Assembly: GCF_009914755.1 (NCBI RefSeq)
Contig: NC_060941.1
Reading direction: 5' to 3' (one strand)
Source of the DNA: the human T2T-CHM13v2.0 reference genome, Homo sapiens
DNA: 64,000 bases
The notes under the pieces were generated by a model that was not told the DNA's origin, made no database searches, and saw only the letters and a program-made list of their open reading frames with translations. Each line of letters starts with the position of its first letter. The first letter of the stretch is position 1. Of the stretch, positions 49,295-64,000 are shown one piece after another. The translations under genes were made by a program, and so were the position numbers.

Positions 49295-50970
49295 TGGCTT
49301 TATGGAGGTATAATTGACATGCAATAAACAACATATTTGAAATACACAATTTGATATGTTTTGACATATTGTGTTAGGCTATTCTTGCATTGCTGTAAGT
49401 AAATACCTTAGGCTGGGTAGTGTATAAAGAAAACATGTTTATTTGGCCCACAGTTCTGCATGCCTTACATGAAGAATGGTGCTGGCATCTGCTTCTGGTG
49501 GGGCCTCAGGAAGCTTGCAATCATGGCGGAAGGGGACAGGGAACCAGTATGTCACACAGTGAGAGCGGGAGCAAGAGAGAGAGGGAGGAGGTCCCAGACT
49601 CTTTAAACAACCAGATCTCACATGTAGTAACTGAGTAAGAACTCACCCAGGAGATGGTGCTAGGCCATTCATGAGGGTTCCACCTCCATGATCCGATCAC
49701 CTCCCACGAGGCCTCACCTCCAACATTATGAATCACATTTCAACCTGCGATTTGGAGAGGACAGACATGCAAATCATCTCACACCATGAGATGACACCAA
49801 ATTATACCCCCGTGAAATTATCATCATGATCAAGATAATGAGCATATCCATCATTCCCAAAAGTTTTGTCATGGTCCTCAAAACCCCACTCAAAACCCTA
49901 CCTGACCCCAGCTCCAGGCAACCACTGATTTGCTTCATGTCCCTGTAAATTAGTTTCTATTTTCCAGAATTTTATGTAAATGAAATCATAAAGTATGTAC
50001 TTGTGTAAGTGTGTGTGGCTTGTAGGTTTTCATAGATTCCTTTTATCAGGCTAAGCTCTCTTCTATTCTTAGTTTGCTGAGTGTTTTCATCAGGAATGGG
50101 TGCTGTATTTTATCAAGTGCTTGTTCTCTATCTTTGCAGATGATCATCTTGCTTTTTTTTTTTCTTTTTAAGACTATTAGTTGATTGTTTGGAATGTTAA
50201 ACTAAACTTACATGCCTGGAATAATCCCTACTTGATCATGATTTATTATGCTTTTTATATATTGTTGAATTGAATTTGCTAAGATTTTGTTTAGAAAATT
50301 TGCATGTATGTGGTTTTTTTATTCTTGTAATATCTTTGCCTGGATTTGATGTCAAAGTAATGCTGGCCTCATAAAATGGGTTGGGAAGCATTCCTTCTCT
50401 TCCCTATTCTTTAAAAGTTTATTCTAACTGGTATTATTTCTTATTAATGTTTGGGAGACTTCACTAGGGAAGCTGCCTGAGGCTGGAGGGTTTTTTGTTA
50501 GAAGGTTTTAAACTACAAATTCAACTTTAAAAAATAGATACAGGATTATCTATTCAGGTTCTCTTTCTCTTCTTAAGCAAACATTAGTTATATGTTTTTC
50601 AGGGAATTTGCCTATTTTTCTAAGTTCTCAAATTTATTGCCATAAGGTGGTTCACAATAAGCATTTATCATCCTTTTACTTTCTGTATAATTTTTAGTGA
50701 GGTCTCATTTTTACTGATCTCTCATTTCTAATATCTTTCGTTTGCATCCCCTTCACCCCAAAAGTTGATAAGTCTGGCTGGAGGTTTATTAAATTTATTG
50801 AACTTCTCACATAACCACCCTTTGATCTCATTTATTTTCTCCACTATGTTTTCTGTTTCATATCTAATTGGATTTTGCCCTATTTTTATTATTTCATTTT
50901 TTTATTTGGAGTTTAACATGTTCTTTTCTAGTTTATTTAAGAAGAAAGCTAAGGTCTTTGATTTGAGGCC
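49295..50970 (-). mobile_element. L1MB/MC fragment with nested MST
   Basis: TTTATGGAGGTATAATTGACA; CAGGCAACCACTGAT; GGTAATGCTGGCCTCATA-like ORF2 text. Confidence 0.8.
49370..49781 (-). mobile_element. MSTA/MSTB LTR
   Basis: TGTGTTAGGCTATTCTTGCATTGCT; GGCCTCAGGAAGCTT; CATTTCAACCTGCGATTTGG. Confidence 0.88.
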
Positions 50971-51052
50971 CATCTTTAGGTCTTCCACTCCAGCTGGTGG
51001 AAACAGGAATGATTCCCAGTCTCATGTGAATTCTAAAGAATTGTTCCCTCTA

Positions 51053-51456
<404 letters not shown>

Positions 51457-51592
51457 TCAGGAGCTGTCTTGCAGCTCTCTCTTCTCCAGCATTCTCCCCT
51501 GAATCCCACAACTCTGACTTCCTTGGCCTCCCAGACTACTAGTATTGTCTCCTCAGCTCCACAAGGCCACCAAGCCCTGCCTGGTTTCCCTA

Positions 51593-52027
<435 letters not shown>

Positions 52028-52089
52028 CTAGAGCATAAGGCTAGTCCCTGTTATTCCGACGCTATCAAAAATGGAAGTTTCATCCTTTT

Positions 52090-52940
52090 GGGGGATTTCA
52101 AGTGGAGGAGTGGTGTTATATCATCCAAGGGTTAAGAAGATCACTCTTCTGCTGTTCCATCTGAAAGCAGATGGGAAGTGGAGGACAGGTCTGCTATTGT
52201 AGGAATGCAGGCAGGAAGTGCTAGGAATTGAAGAGGGATTTTTTTTTTCAAGGGCCACGGGGGCAGAGGGTGGCTCCAGATCCACTTGGAGGTGGAACCC
52301 AGAGAACTGGCTGATAAACTGGATGTGGAGTGGGTCGGGGGGAAAGGGAGTTAAAGCTACCTCCTGGGTGTTTCCTAGAACAACTGGGCCAATGGGGAAA
52401 GCCAGGGAAGGAAGTGGGCATTGTGGACAGGCGGAGATCAGGAGTTACAGTTTGGATATAAGCTTGAGATGTCTTTTTAATCAGTCACATGGATCTAGTC
52501 AAACAGGAAGAGGGCTATAAGAAGGTAGAGCTCCAGGGAGGAGTCAGAGTTGGAGACAGAAAAACGGAGTCATCAGTATAGAATTATTCAAAGCTCTGGG
52601 CCTGGAGGAGAACACCCAGGGGAACAGTGTAGACAGAGGAGAAAAGAAGGCCTAGACTGAGTCCGTGGGACCTTCAGCATCTAGATGTCAGGAGAGCAGG
52701 AAGAGCTGAGAAGGAGTTGGAGAAGAGGCACCTGTCTTCCCAGGAGACTCAATTCCTTTATTTAACCATGTGTTTTTCAGTTTTATAATTACCTGTTTAT
52801 CCACCTGTCGCTCAACTTGCCTGGGAGCCCTTGAGGTCGGATGCCCTGTCTTATTTTGCATTGCCCACATCTAACACGGTGTCTGGCACCTAGATGGACC
52901 TTGAATGAATGAATGGATGAATGAATGAATGAATGAATGA
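52090..52940. mobile_element. L2 fragments, ending in a (TGAA)n L2 tail
   Basis: GGAGATCAGGAGTTACAGTTTGGA; GTCTGGCACCTAG...TGAATGAATG. Confidence 0.7.
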
Positions 52941-53099
52941 AGACTAAGGGAGTTAAAAGATTACTGGTATGAGGTCAAAAGGACAGAGCTTTTTTGTAGT
53001 CCAAGGGACTGCAAAAGATAATTCTGGGAAAGTTGAGCTCAGAAAAAAAAAAATCTGACAGTCCAGAAACATTTTCCTGAGTGCCAGTTTCCTGATCTG

Positions 53100-54800
53100 T
53101 CAACTAAAACGTCCCGGAGAAGTGATCTTTAGAGTTACTTCTGTTTACATGCTGCACACAGACGGGAACGCTCCATTTGGCTTTCTCTGCAGAGTCCACA
53201 AGGAGACAAAACAATGTGTTAAAGTTGCGCTTCCTTGGTTGATGTTTCTATTCTTTTGGTCTTTTGTCTGTTTTCAAACAGATCAAAGCACGTCTTGTGA
53301 AATGTTCTGGCCCCAGAGTAGAATTTAAGATGCACAAAGGGCATGAGTAGACATTAATAAAAAACTCATTTTGACCCTTTCGAACTGGCGGCCACCATGG
53401 AGGTCAGAAGAGGGCAGGTGTATTCCTGCCAGCCCCCTAGAGACATAAAGATGTCTGCCCCGAGGAATCAGGCTAGGGATTAGTGACAGGCTCCATGCCT
53501 GCCCCCTGCCACACTGGACAGCCAAACCTCCTTCTCTTGACTTACAGGACTGGCAAAGACAGTGACAGGGGCCTGGCCGTGGAGCCTGGCTGAAATCCGG
53601 GCCCCAGTGAAAGCCCCACAGAGAGCTGCAGAGAACGGCAGCCTTCAGAGGCTGACTTTGATATTTACACTTCCCCAATTTCTACGGAGAGCCGTGGTCT
53701 CGTGTTTTACACATTCAGCAATTGCACAGGCCCTGAAAGGTTTTAACTGTCCGGTTGAAACTATAATAAAGTTTACTGTGGTTAAAACCTGAAATGAGTC
53801 TGAGTTTGGATTTTTCAGCCCAGTGGCTTCGTGTAAACAGTTTACTTAACGTCGTTTTTGGCTCTTATTCAATAAACCACCATGATAATCCCGTTCACAG
53901 ACAAAACAGATCACAGATTAGCAGACAGGCTGCTGTAACAAAAGCAGCGAATTACCTGCTCTTTGTGCAAAAGGTAGAGCTCCGTTTTGCAGAAAGTATT
54001 CGTCTATCTTTGTTTTCATAGTTGAAGAGAAGGAACGTTACATTATTTAGCTCCTTTTTGTACCACAAAAATAGATTTTAATTAAGCACATAAAGTGAGC
54101 CGGGCTTGGAGCTGTTATTTTCCAGAGAAGGCATACTGGCTTTATTCAAATTGGAAGAGACCCCAGGCAAATGCCAAAATCACCTATTGCTTACATTTCA
54201 TTTTAATGTGCTCAAGTTCAATAAAAGTTTATCATCTCCATTAAACCAGTACCTATTGGAACTGATTTAATCTTGTTAGCACAAAGAACCACATGAAAGA
54301 AACCAAGACCCCAGGACAAGACTGTACATAGCACAGTTGCGCCGGGGTAGAAATTACATAAAAGAAATGAAGCATCCACCGATGACAGAGTGCCTCACCT
54401 GCTCTTATGTGTGTGCGCTTGCTCGTGTGTGTGCGGAGTGTACTTGTGTGCACGGATCCACACACCCTGCAGTGCAGGTCTCTGGCCGTCTGCCCCAGTG
54501 CAGCATGCTGGGGAGGCTGCCAAGTGCGGGAGTCCTCAGCTGCTCAGTGTCACAGCACCGCCACGCTCCCACACGGACCCTGAATTGTGTGACATTTGAA
54601 CAAACACATGTCACGTGTAGGGGTGCTGGTCAAATGTCTACTGGCAACAGCACAATGAGGACATATATCTTGATTCTAGCCCCAGAGAGCACACACACTC
54701 ACACACTGTCACACTCACTCACACACACAAACACAGGCCTTTCTTTACCGGGAAGAGTCAGTTTGCTCTCCGCTTTCAGTATTCTCTTTTCTGTCAACTA
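53100..54800. promoter_or_regulatory. Candidate enhancer-like unique block
   Basis: Repeat-free; visibly more CpG than flanks; FOX, TCF/LEF, SOX and E-box motifs. Confidence 0.4.
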
Positions 54801-55516
54801 GAAAGCCTCCAAGAGCTCATGGCTAGACATGAGTGGGGTCCAAGAATTCAGGGGTGTTAGATCTTTGATTCAAGGTGTGGCTTGACATTAGGACTTGGTC
54901 ACAGGGGACATAAATGACAAGTTGGTGGCACCCACAGGTGTGTGCTTACCTGAGACGGATGCAATGAGGAGGTGGATTTAGTGGATGATATCAGGGGCTG
55001 CAGGCAGAAGCTGAAGGATCCATTTCCTTAAAAGACTCAGCACTAAGGCACGAGTGGGATTTCTTAGGACTCCCAGTGAGAAAAGCGCTGAATGGAAGAA
55101 GTGATTTTCCCCAGTTCTGTGCCTGTAACTAACTCAGTGGCATCTGCAGGAAGCACAGCCTCATGTTGGCACCTCAGTGGCTTATAGCTTTGGGAACAGA
55201 GGGTTACTGTCGCTCTCAGCCTGTCGTAGCTACAGAGACAGTGGTGGGGCCCAGCTTTGAAAGTGACTTGGCAAGGGACAGAGCCTGGAGTGGAAGAACA
55301 TGCCGTGGCACTTTTGGGATGGCTGTGAGACTCTCTGAGGATCTCCTGAAAATACGTGGTTAAAGTTTGAGTGGGAGATTGGAGGCCTTTCTTATACGGG
55401 GTGGCATGAGCCACTGAGGACTGAGGGAATGTGAATTATGGTCCTCTGCCTCCATGACTCAGTTATTGAAGGGAATTTATATATCTTCTATGGAGTGCCA
55501 GACACCCTAGTAGACC

Positions 55517-55910
55517 TGTATCAGCCAGCTCGGACTGCTATGCCATAATGCCACAGACTGGGTGGCTCAAACAACAGAAATTTATTTCTCAGCATTGTGG
55601 AGACTGAGAAGTCCAAGATCAAAGTTTTGGCAAGGCAGGTTTTATTCTGCAGACTCTTCTCTTGGCTTGTAGACAACCACCTATTGCTGTGTCCTCGTAT
55701 GGTGAAGAAAGAGAGAGAGAGCAAGAGAGCTCTCTGGTGTCTCTTCTTATAAGGGCACTAATTTCATCATGAGGGCCCCACCCTCCTGACCTCACTTAGC
55801 CTCAAGGCCCCATTTATCTCCCAAAGGCCTCATTTCCAAATACCATCACATTGGGGGTTAAAGCTTCAACATATTAATTTTGGGAGATCACATGCATCTA
55901 GTCCATAAAA
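55517..55910 (-). mobile_element. MLT1A LTR
   Basis: CACAGACTGGGTGGCTCAAACAACAGAAATTTATTTCTCA; TSD AGACC/AGACT. Confidence 0.85.
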
Positions 55911-56039
55911 AGACTCTGTGGGAGGCAATGGACCTTCAAGATGCTTACACAACAGCCAGGAAGAAAGGACCAAAACCTACCCTGCAGAGGTCAGCTGGCT
56001 GCAGCCTGCTTCTCCCCTCTCTCACGTTAGCTCAGAGAG

Positions 56040-56450
56040 CACCGCTCAAGTTGCCTCGTGTGTGTTTCTCAAACATGCTAAGTTCACCTGCTGTTCTTCC
56101 ATCCTGGAATGACCTTGTGCTCTTCTAAGTATGGCTGGCTTTCTTAGCCCTTGGCTGGTGGTCACCTCTTCACAGAGGGCTCTGTCACATCCCATGGAAA
56201 CTTCCCTCTAGGCCCCAGTTGCTCTCAATTACCTAACCCTGTTTTATTTTCCCAATACATCCAAAACTAGTTAAAGGTATTTTGTGTATTTGTTTCCTTG
56301 TTTATCATTGAGATGTCCCCTGTCCTTGGTACTATGGACTCCATGACAGTAGGGACCTAATCTCTCAAGATCATTTGTGTGTACCCCAAAACTAGGAGAG
56401 TATCTGGACATAGTAGGTATTCAATATGTATGTGTTGATGAATCATAAAT
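56040..56450 (+). mobile_element. L2 3' fragment
   Basis: CTCCATGACAGTAGGGACC; GGACATAGTAGGTATTCAATA. Confidence 0.6.
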
Positions 56451-58154
56451 GCCATAGAGAGGGTGAAAATAATATTTTGTGGGCATCTGAGGTGGGTCTT
56501 GAAGGATGGGAAGGATTTTGACAAATGAACATTTTGAGTGAGGAGGGAAGGCAACCCATCCTTTAGCTTTGGAAGGACCACATTTAGATTAAACTTTTTT
56601 TTTAGTGCAAACTCATAAGCTTATTTAGAAAGAGCTCTTTAATGGTCTTATTTAGCGTATCAGAACTTAGACCATCGGAAGTTCTTTTTGAAGTCTGACC
56701 TAAAAGCTGAACTTCTTCCTTCACTCATTTCAGCCCACCTTTATCTCCCATTCAGTAGAAACGCTACAAACTCTACTCATCATCCATTCTAAATCTTCAC
56801 ATTTGGAAAAACAGACTCTGCAAGTGAAAACCAGTAATGCTTGTATTTTCAATGTCATCTTTTCTTTAAAATGATGTTAAATGATTCTAGGAGTGCAGAT
56901 TTGTGTTTTAGGTGTATGGATGGTTCCGGATATCTGTTAGGTATACTCTCTGGGTTTTCATGGGATGAGAGATAGTAAGAAAAGTATAGCAAGAAAGCTT
57001 TGGAAAGAGCCATTTCCCTAGGTATTGTGTTTGCAAGCATCATAACCTCATTCCTGAGGGCACAGGCACTGTATCTGAAAGCTTTGCTGTGCAGACATCC
57101 ATTCAGCAAACATTTAATGGCAATGTCCAGGGGCCAGGCGTTGCACTTGGTGCTGTCTCATGCATATAGGTGAATGAGACATGGTCCCACAAGCAGGGCA
57201 GGCGATGTGAGATCAGAGTCCTGTGGGTGGTGCGCAAGTGCGTAGAATGATACATACAAAGGTGGAACAAGAAGGTTGCAAAGGAGTGCCAAATAGTATC
57301 CTCAGAGAAGCTCCTTTTCAGGATGCACTAGAACATCAGATTCAAGTTAAGTCTAGGGCACACCATGTCTGAACCAGGGCCTTCTAAAACTCATAAGGAT
57401 AATATCATAGGGACAACTGCCACTCTCCTGCCAGGCATAGTGGCTGCTCAAGCAGAACAGGAGGTGCCCACTGTCTCTGCAAAACTCACCCCAGCATTTC
57501 CCTAGGGCCATGCTCCTGAGGTCCCGTTGTTGGGTTAAGGTCTGGTCTGCTCCTCTCAGCATACAGACAACATAAATTCAGGTTCAAAAGCAGGACAGCA
57601 GCTAAGAAGAGAGCTGACTTTGAAGTTTAGAGCCTTAGGTTGAAGGGAATTCTCTTGGCCGAGTTACAAAGAGAATAAAATGCTGTCATAAGGAGAGTAG
57701 CTTTAGATTTTCACTTTATCTTCAAAATAAAAGATTAGGGACACAATTCTGGTTGAGATGGTTAAGTAGGTGCCTGTATAATTGAATTTCATGCTCATTA
57801 TTTCTCTCTGAAGTGGTGTACACAAGCAGTCATTGGAAAGCAGGTTTAGCAAATATATTGGTCAGGGCTTTGCTGAACTTTCCAGCTTTCCAAAATGTCC
57901 AAGTTCCTTCAGTCTTCTTCATGTGCCGTGCGAGATGTACAAGACGACACTGATGGAGCCGGTGAGCCAGGCAGTTTCAAGACAAGCTTCTCTTCCATTA
58001 GCAAACTTGTCATAGGATTGGAAAGTTTTCTTTTTTTCCACAAGATTAGACATGGTCCAAAGAATACTTTATGCCGCTTTGGATCAGCAATCTGCCTGCA
58101 CCTTTGACATCTCATAATTGAGGTATATGTCAGAGTCCAAAGTAAGAATACATG

Positions 58155-58448
58155 AAAGCTCTGTGTATGATACTATCATGGTGGGTTCATGTGGTTATAC
58201 CCTTGTCCAAACCCATAAGATGAACAGCACTAAGAGTGAGCCCTAATGTTAACTATGGACTTTGGGCAATAATGATGTGTCAATGTGCGTTCATCAGTCA
58301 TAACAAGTGTAGCACTGTGGGAGAATGTTCATAATCGGGGAGGCTGTGTATGTTTGGAGCAGGGCATATATGGGAAATCTCTGCATCTTCCTCTCAATGG
58401 TGCTGTGAAACTAAGACTGCTCCAAAACATAAATTTTTTTTAAAAAAA
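58155..58448 (+). mobile_element. L1MC-type 3' end
   Basis: TGTCCAAACCCATA...GAGTGAGCCCTAATGTTAACTATGGACTTTGGG. Confidence 0.8.
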
Positions 58449-58670
58449 GAAATATACCAAAGGCGTAGTTGTGATGAAAAGTGAGGGAGTTGGCCTTCAG
58501 TGTCCCCTACAGGGAACCCTTGTTTCCTCTTTGCTACTCAAAGGTTTTTTTTTTTTTTTTAAATGATGCCTAAATGAGGTAGTTCAATGCAATTGATCGA
58601 ATTGCCTGTAGTGAAAATCCAGGATTCAGTGGGGAAAAATTCTCAGCTCCTTGGAAATGACCACATTAAG

Positions 58671-58989
58671 CAGTTGGCCCTCTGGATCTGTAGCTTCTTC
58701 ATCTGCCAATTCAACCAATCCCTCGAAAATATTTAAAAAATAATGCAACAATAAAAAATAACCCAAATACAAATAAACACAATACATACAGTATAACAAC
58801 TATTTACGCAGCATTTATATTGTATTAGATGTTATAAATAATCTAGAGATGATTTAAAGTATACTGGAAGATGTGCCTAGGTTATATGCAAATAGTACAC
58901 CATTTTATATAAGGGACCTGAGCATCTGTGGATTTTGGTATCTTCAGGAGGTCCTGGAACCAATCCTCCATAGATACGAAGGATGGCTA
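58671..58989. mobile_element. MER2
   Basis: CAGTTGGCCCTC start; GGATTTTGGTATC...CCTGGAACCAATCC. Confidence 0.85.
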
Positions 58990-59548
58990 TATTAATGAAA
59001 GCTTGATTTGGAGCAAATATTGTCTATGGATCCCATGGGATGGGGCCCCTCCTAGGGTGACAGAAGAGTGGCTTCTTACTTGGACCCTGCTGGGTTCACA
59101 ATCAATTTGGTGACAAGCGTCACAGGCACATCTTTCCTCCCAGAGACTCCAAATGCAGCATGTTGGTAGGGCTCATCCTCATATTTTCTGTTGGAGCGAG
59201 ATAAGAATTTGGTTCTCGTGTATTGACTGCAGGATTCTGAGTCTTCTGGGAAACAGAGGAATGGAGGGACCAACCTTTCCTGAGCACTTACAATATGCCA
59301 CTCCCTGCTGTATAATGGGGGGGATGGGAAGAAGATGTCCCCAAGCCCCCTGGTCCCCCGTAGAAGGGATGAGGGGAAGATCCACGTACGTTCTCTGAGA
59401 GAGGTAGATGACACCATCCGTACCAGCACTTCTGGAACTTTCTCTAGAGAAATACCAGGTGGGTTTTGTTGTTGTTGTTTTATGTTTTTGCTTTTTCCTT
59501 CCCCATATTGTCACACACCTGTATTTTGGTCCATATCCTGTTCAATGA

Positions 59549-59920
<372 letters not shown>

Positions 59921-59922
59921 AG

Positions 59923-60110
59923 TTTTTTTGTTTGTTTGTTTGTTTGTTTGTTTGTTTTTAAATAGACTGTGGATCCCTCTGTCACCCAGGCTGGAGTGCA
60001 GTGGTGGGATCATAGCTCACTACAGCTTTGAACTCCTGGGCTCAAGTGATCATCTAGCATCAGCCTCCAAGTAGCTGGGAGTATAGGTACTCACCACCAT
60101 GCCTGACAGC
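59923..60110 (-). mobile_element. AluJ/FRAM right-arm monomer with (TTTG)n tail
   Basis: GATCATAGCTCACTACAGC...CCTGGGCTCAAG. Confidence 0.8.
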
Positions 60111-61369
60111 TTTCAGTTAACATGCTTCCTTCGGCATGGCCAGTGATGCACAGTGCACGGCTCAGCACCAGTCTGTGCAGCACGCGTCATCTTTGGGCAG
60201 CAAGAGGTGCGTGACCATCAGAGAAGATAAGTAACCTGCCCAGGGTCATGCAGCAGGTAAGACCTGAATGTCCACTGTAGGTCAGAATAACTCCAGCACC
60301 TATGCTGTAGGCCTAGAAACTGCCAAAAAGGCTGTGAAAATAATTCTGCCAAAGTTACTAGATTTCAAATGAATTATCTATGGAAAGAGAATGGAAGGAA
60401 GGATAACCTCTTACTTCTCTCAACTGTACTGTCCTGATTCTAGTCAAAGTAATTAGGCCTCTTCCTCTCATCCCTTCCACAGGGGACCAGAGGACTTGGG
60501 GACATCCTCTTCTTATCCTATCCTCTGCTGCAGCTGGCCCTTACTCACCCCTTCCCTTTAACTCCCTCAGCATAGAACAAGGAATTCCAAAGTCGGGGCA
60601 GAGCGGCATCAGAACGACGAAATAAATCATAGTGTCCAAAGAACTCTCAGGAATCTAAACATAGCAAAATTATTATGTTTAATGTAAAAATTGAACTTAA
60701 AATAATTCTGCTCTGTGTTTAATAACAACAGGTATGGCTAAACTAAGCCAAGTCAGCTAGGTCCTCCCGGCCAGGCAGGCTGTCTTCTCTTAGCAAAAAG
60801 ATAAAGCAAATGAGAGCTCTTGAAGGTTAATAGACTCTATCACCTCCTAAAGAATGCAAACTGTATAAATATTCAGGTTTTAAAATAAAATCCCCCAAAG
60901 CCAGCCTTGCAAAATGAGGTCAGCTTGGTCTGGCTCGGCCTGTTGGCTTGCCTTTCAGCTGCACGGTGGTGTGTCTTGTGACCAGAACATCCGTGACATA
61001 TAGATACAGTCTTTGCCTCCACGTTGTATATTGAAACTGTGAAAGTAGAACTCCCATAGCTCAAGTTTATAGAAATACGTGACAATGTTTGAAGTAGCTT
61101 AGCTGAGACTAAAACAGTCTGACATCACAGCCTTGGGGAGGATGATGGAAATTTCTTAATTTCTTTGAAAAATTTAAAAAACACAGACACATTCTTTTCA
61201 GGTACTTGATTGGCCACCCAAGTTTTCTTTTCTGGTTTTAGAAAATCACACAGAAATACAGAGACTCTGCACAAGGCATCCCCCATTCTAAATCTCCTGT
61301 GTTTCACAAGGCATCTTGGTGTCATTCTGTGTATCAGACTGTGCTGGCTTTTCTCCATTTACCCAATGG

Positions 61370-62139
<770 letters not shown>

Positions 62140-64000
62140 TGAGGCAAGCTTATGTCATTAAGATCAAAACCAACATTTCTTCCTGTCTCTTAAGCTTTTT
62201 TTTTTTTTTTTGCATTTTGCTTCCTGTCATCTGTTGATGATGGAAGAAAACAGTGCTTTCTTATTTTTTTTCCTGTTTCTGAAATAATCTACCTTTAATC
62301 ATCATCTCATTTTTTTAGCAAAGTCGGACATTTACAATCTATATTTTCCATGTTTCAGATCATTCTGTATGTGCGTATCTATACCTGTTTTTGAGTTTTT
62401 ATTGCCACTGCTTATGTTGGGAGGATTTAGGCAGCCCTTTTCAGTTAAAAGTGAGCTCTTTGGGGAAAGCGATGTCTTCCATCGTTTTCCTCTTCATCTT
62501 CTTACAACTATCTTCACTTCTCTCTTCTGGTCAACTTAACATATGGGAATAATGGGAAGTTAATGGGTCCTCATGGCAGTGAGACAGGGGGCCTTGAGTC
62601 TATAATCATCTCTGAACCCACGGTGGTCTCTGCCCTGGCTTGACTGATCTGGTCTAATCCCTGGGCACTCACATCCATGTCTACTCACACAGTCCAAGCC
62701 CATCTGGCCTTTTGCAACAGCATGCTCACATTGACTATTGATATCTTGCTCCTCAACTTTGCTCTTGAAGGTTTTGTATTCTGTTCTGGCCCCTCTGTTA
62801 ATAATCCACTGGTATTTCCAGCCTCTTTATACCCACTCATTCACAAGAGCTTCTAAGACACTCTAAATCTCCTCCACACCACATATCAAGTATGGAAGAC
62901 CCAAAGTCTACCTCCAAGCCCCTTGCATAGATGCCCACCTCAGCTCCTGGGCTCCACGTTGCTCTGGCACCCAGTTAAGTATGAAGCATTTTAAATGAGG
63001 CTTAAAATGGTCCTAGTATGTGGCCAGAGAAGTGAGGAACAAACTGCCCTGCTCTGGAATTCCCCTCAAAATTCACCTTTTTTTCCCCTATTAATTCTTT
63101 GATGATCATTTTAAACTCAAGAGGATGGTCGTGACTCATATGTCTGACTTTTTGTTCCTCTCCTTCCCTGTACTCCTTCCACCTGCAGCTGTACACCCTT
63201 TCTTCACTTCCTCCTTAGACAGAGCGGGTACTTCTCGCACAGAGTATTGAGTTTTATCTACTCATGAATTATAGCAAAACTTGATATTTGAATCTCCAAA
63301 CTCTGCCTTTAAAATGTCAGAGGAACTTTTGGCAGTTTGTAATCTTTTTTGTTTCTTAACAAAGACTAGTTTTCAAGACTCTCATTTCTCCAGGAAGAAG
63401 AACTTATAGCTGGAGGCCTCCTATGTTTCTTAGTTCTTTCTCTGCCTTTCTTCTTTTCTCTACTTCTTTCAACAAATATTGATTGAATGCCCACTATTTC
63501 CTCTCCAAGCCTGTTTTAGTTGGAGTAGAGAATAGTGTTCATTCATTGTAAAATTTTGAAAGTGGACTTACATGTACGTTAGCTGTGTTCTGCTAGGAAG
63601 AACAAGACTAGGATAAAAAAATACTGTCAGGCTGTTTAGTAGAACTTTTTTTTTTTCTCCCTCTCTCTTTCATAAGAGCCAGATTCTGTGTTTAATTTAA
63701 CTACAACTTATAGTCACTGTCTTGCCCCTAAATTGGATTTTGATTGCTATGGTTATTTAGCTAGTTGGTTAGAGGCCAAAGTCATAGTTTTCATTCAAGT
63801 CTAAATTGAGCCTGTAAATGTTTTCATTACATTATAGACACACAGATTTTAAAAACGTTTAGGTCCAAGAAAAGAGAAAAAATAATTATTAAAATCTGCT
63901 GGGGGAAAAATATTGTAAATACAGGATGTGATGACAGTCACTTGGTGTGTCGTTGTCAGAGAGTGGACAGTACTGCTGTCATCTTGATAGCAAACCCATA

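Noticed and set aside
54337-54801. 154-aa ORF in the CpG-rich block
   Set aside because: Non-ATG start, includes TG/CA low-complexity segments, no recognisable domain.
57833-58115. Overlapping short ORFs in unique sequence
   Set aside because: No recognisable protein family and no convincing splice-site pair; cannot support a CDS without a homology search.

Overview
Primate (hominoid, human-like) non-coding genomic DNA, roughly half interspersed repeats. I see no protein-coding exon, RNA gene or CRISPR array, and I cannot identify the locus. Nearly all long ORFs are Alu, L2, LTR or microsatellite read-throughs. The window holds about 26 Alus (including an AluYe), old L1 and L2 fragments, and several DNA transposon fossils: a full-length HSMAR2 mariner, MER75 piggyBac, MADE1, three MER2, MER44, MER46 and MER5. 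It also has many solo LTRs (MER61-like, MER4, MER41, LTR12, THE1/MST, MLT1/2, MER74, LTR16/33). The most notable observations are: (1) a local ~256-bp, ~95%-identical inverted duplication of part of a MER74 LTR (43129-43384 / 45762-46017) with a templated junction; (2) an LTR-dense nested island at 8.7-16.7 kb containing a MER41 whose STAT1 GAS site reads as an N4 STAT6-type site, an LTR12 promoter, and a MER75 with an open PGBD4-like micro-ORF; (3) two UG-flanked candidate cryptic exons; (4) a repeat-free, CpG-retaining enhancer-like block at 53.1-54.8 kb. Family names come from my recall of consensus sequences, not a database search. No new biological system is demonstrated.
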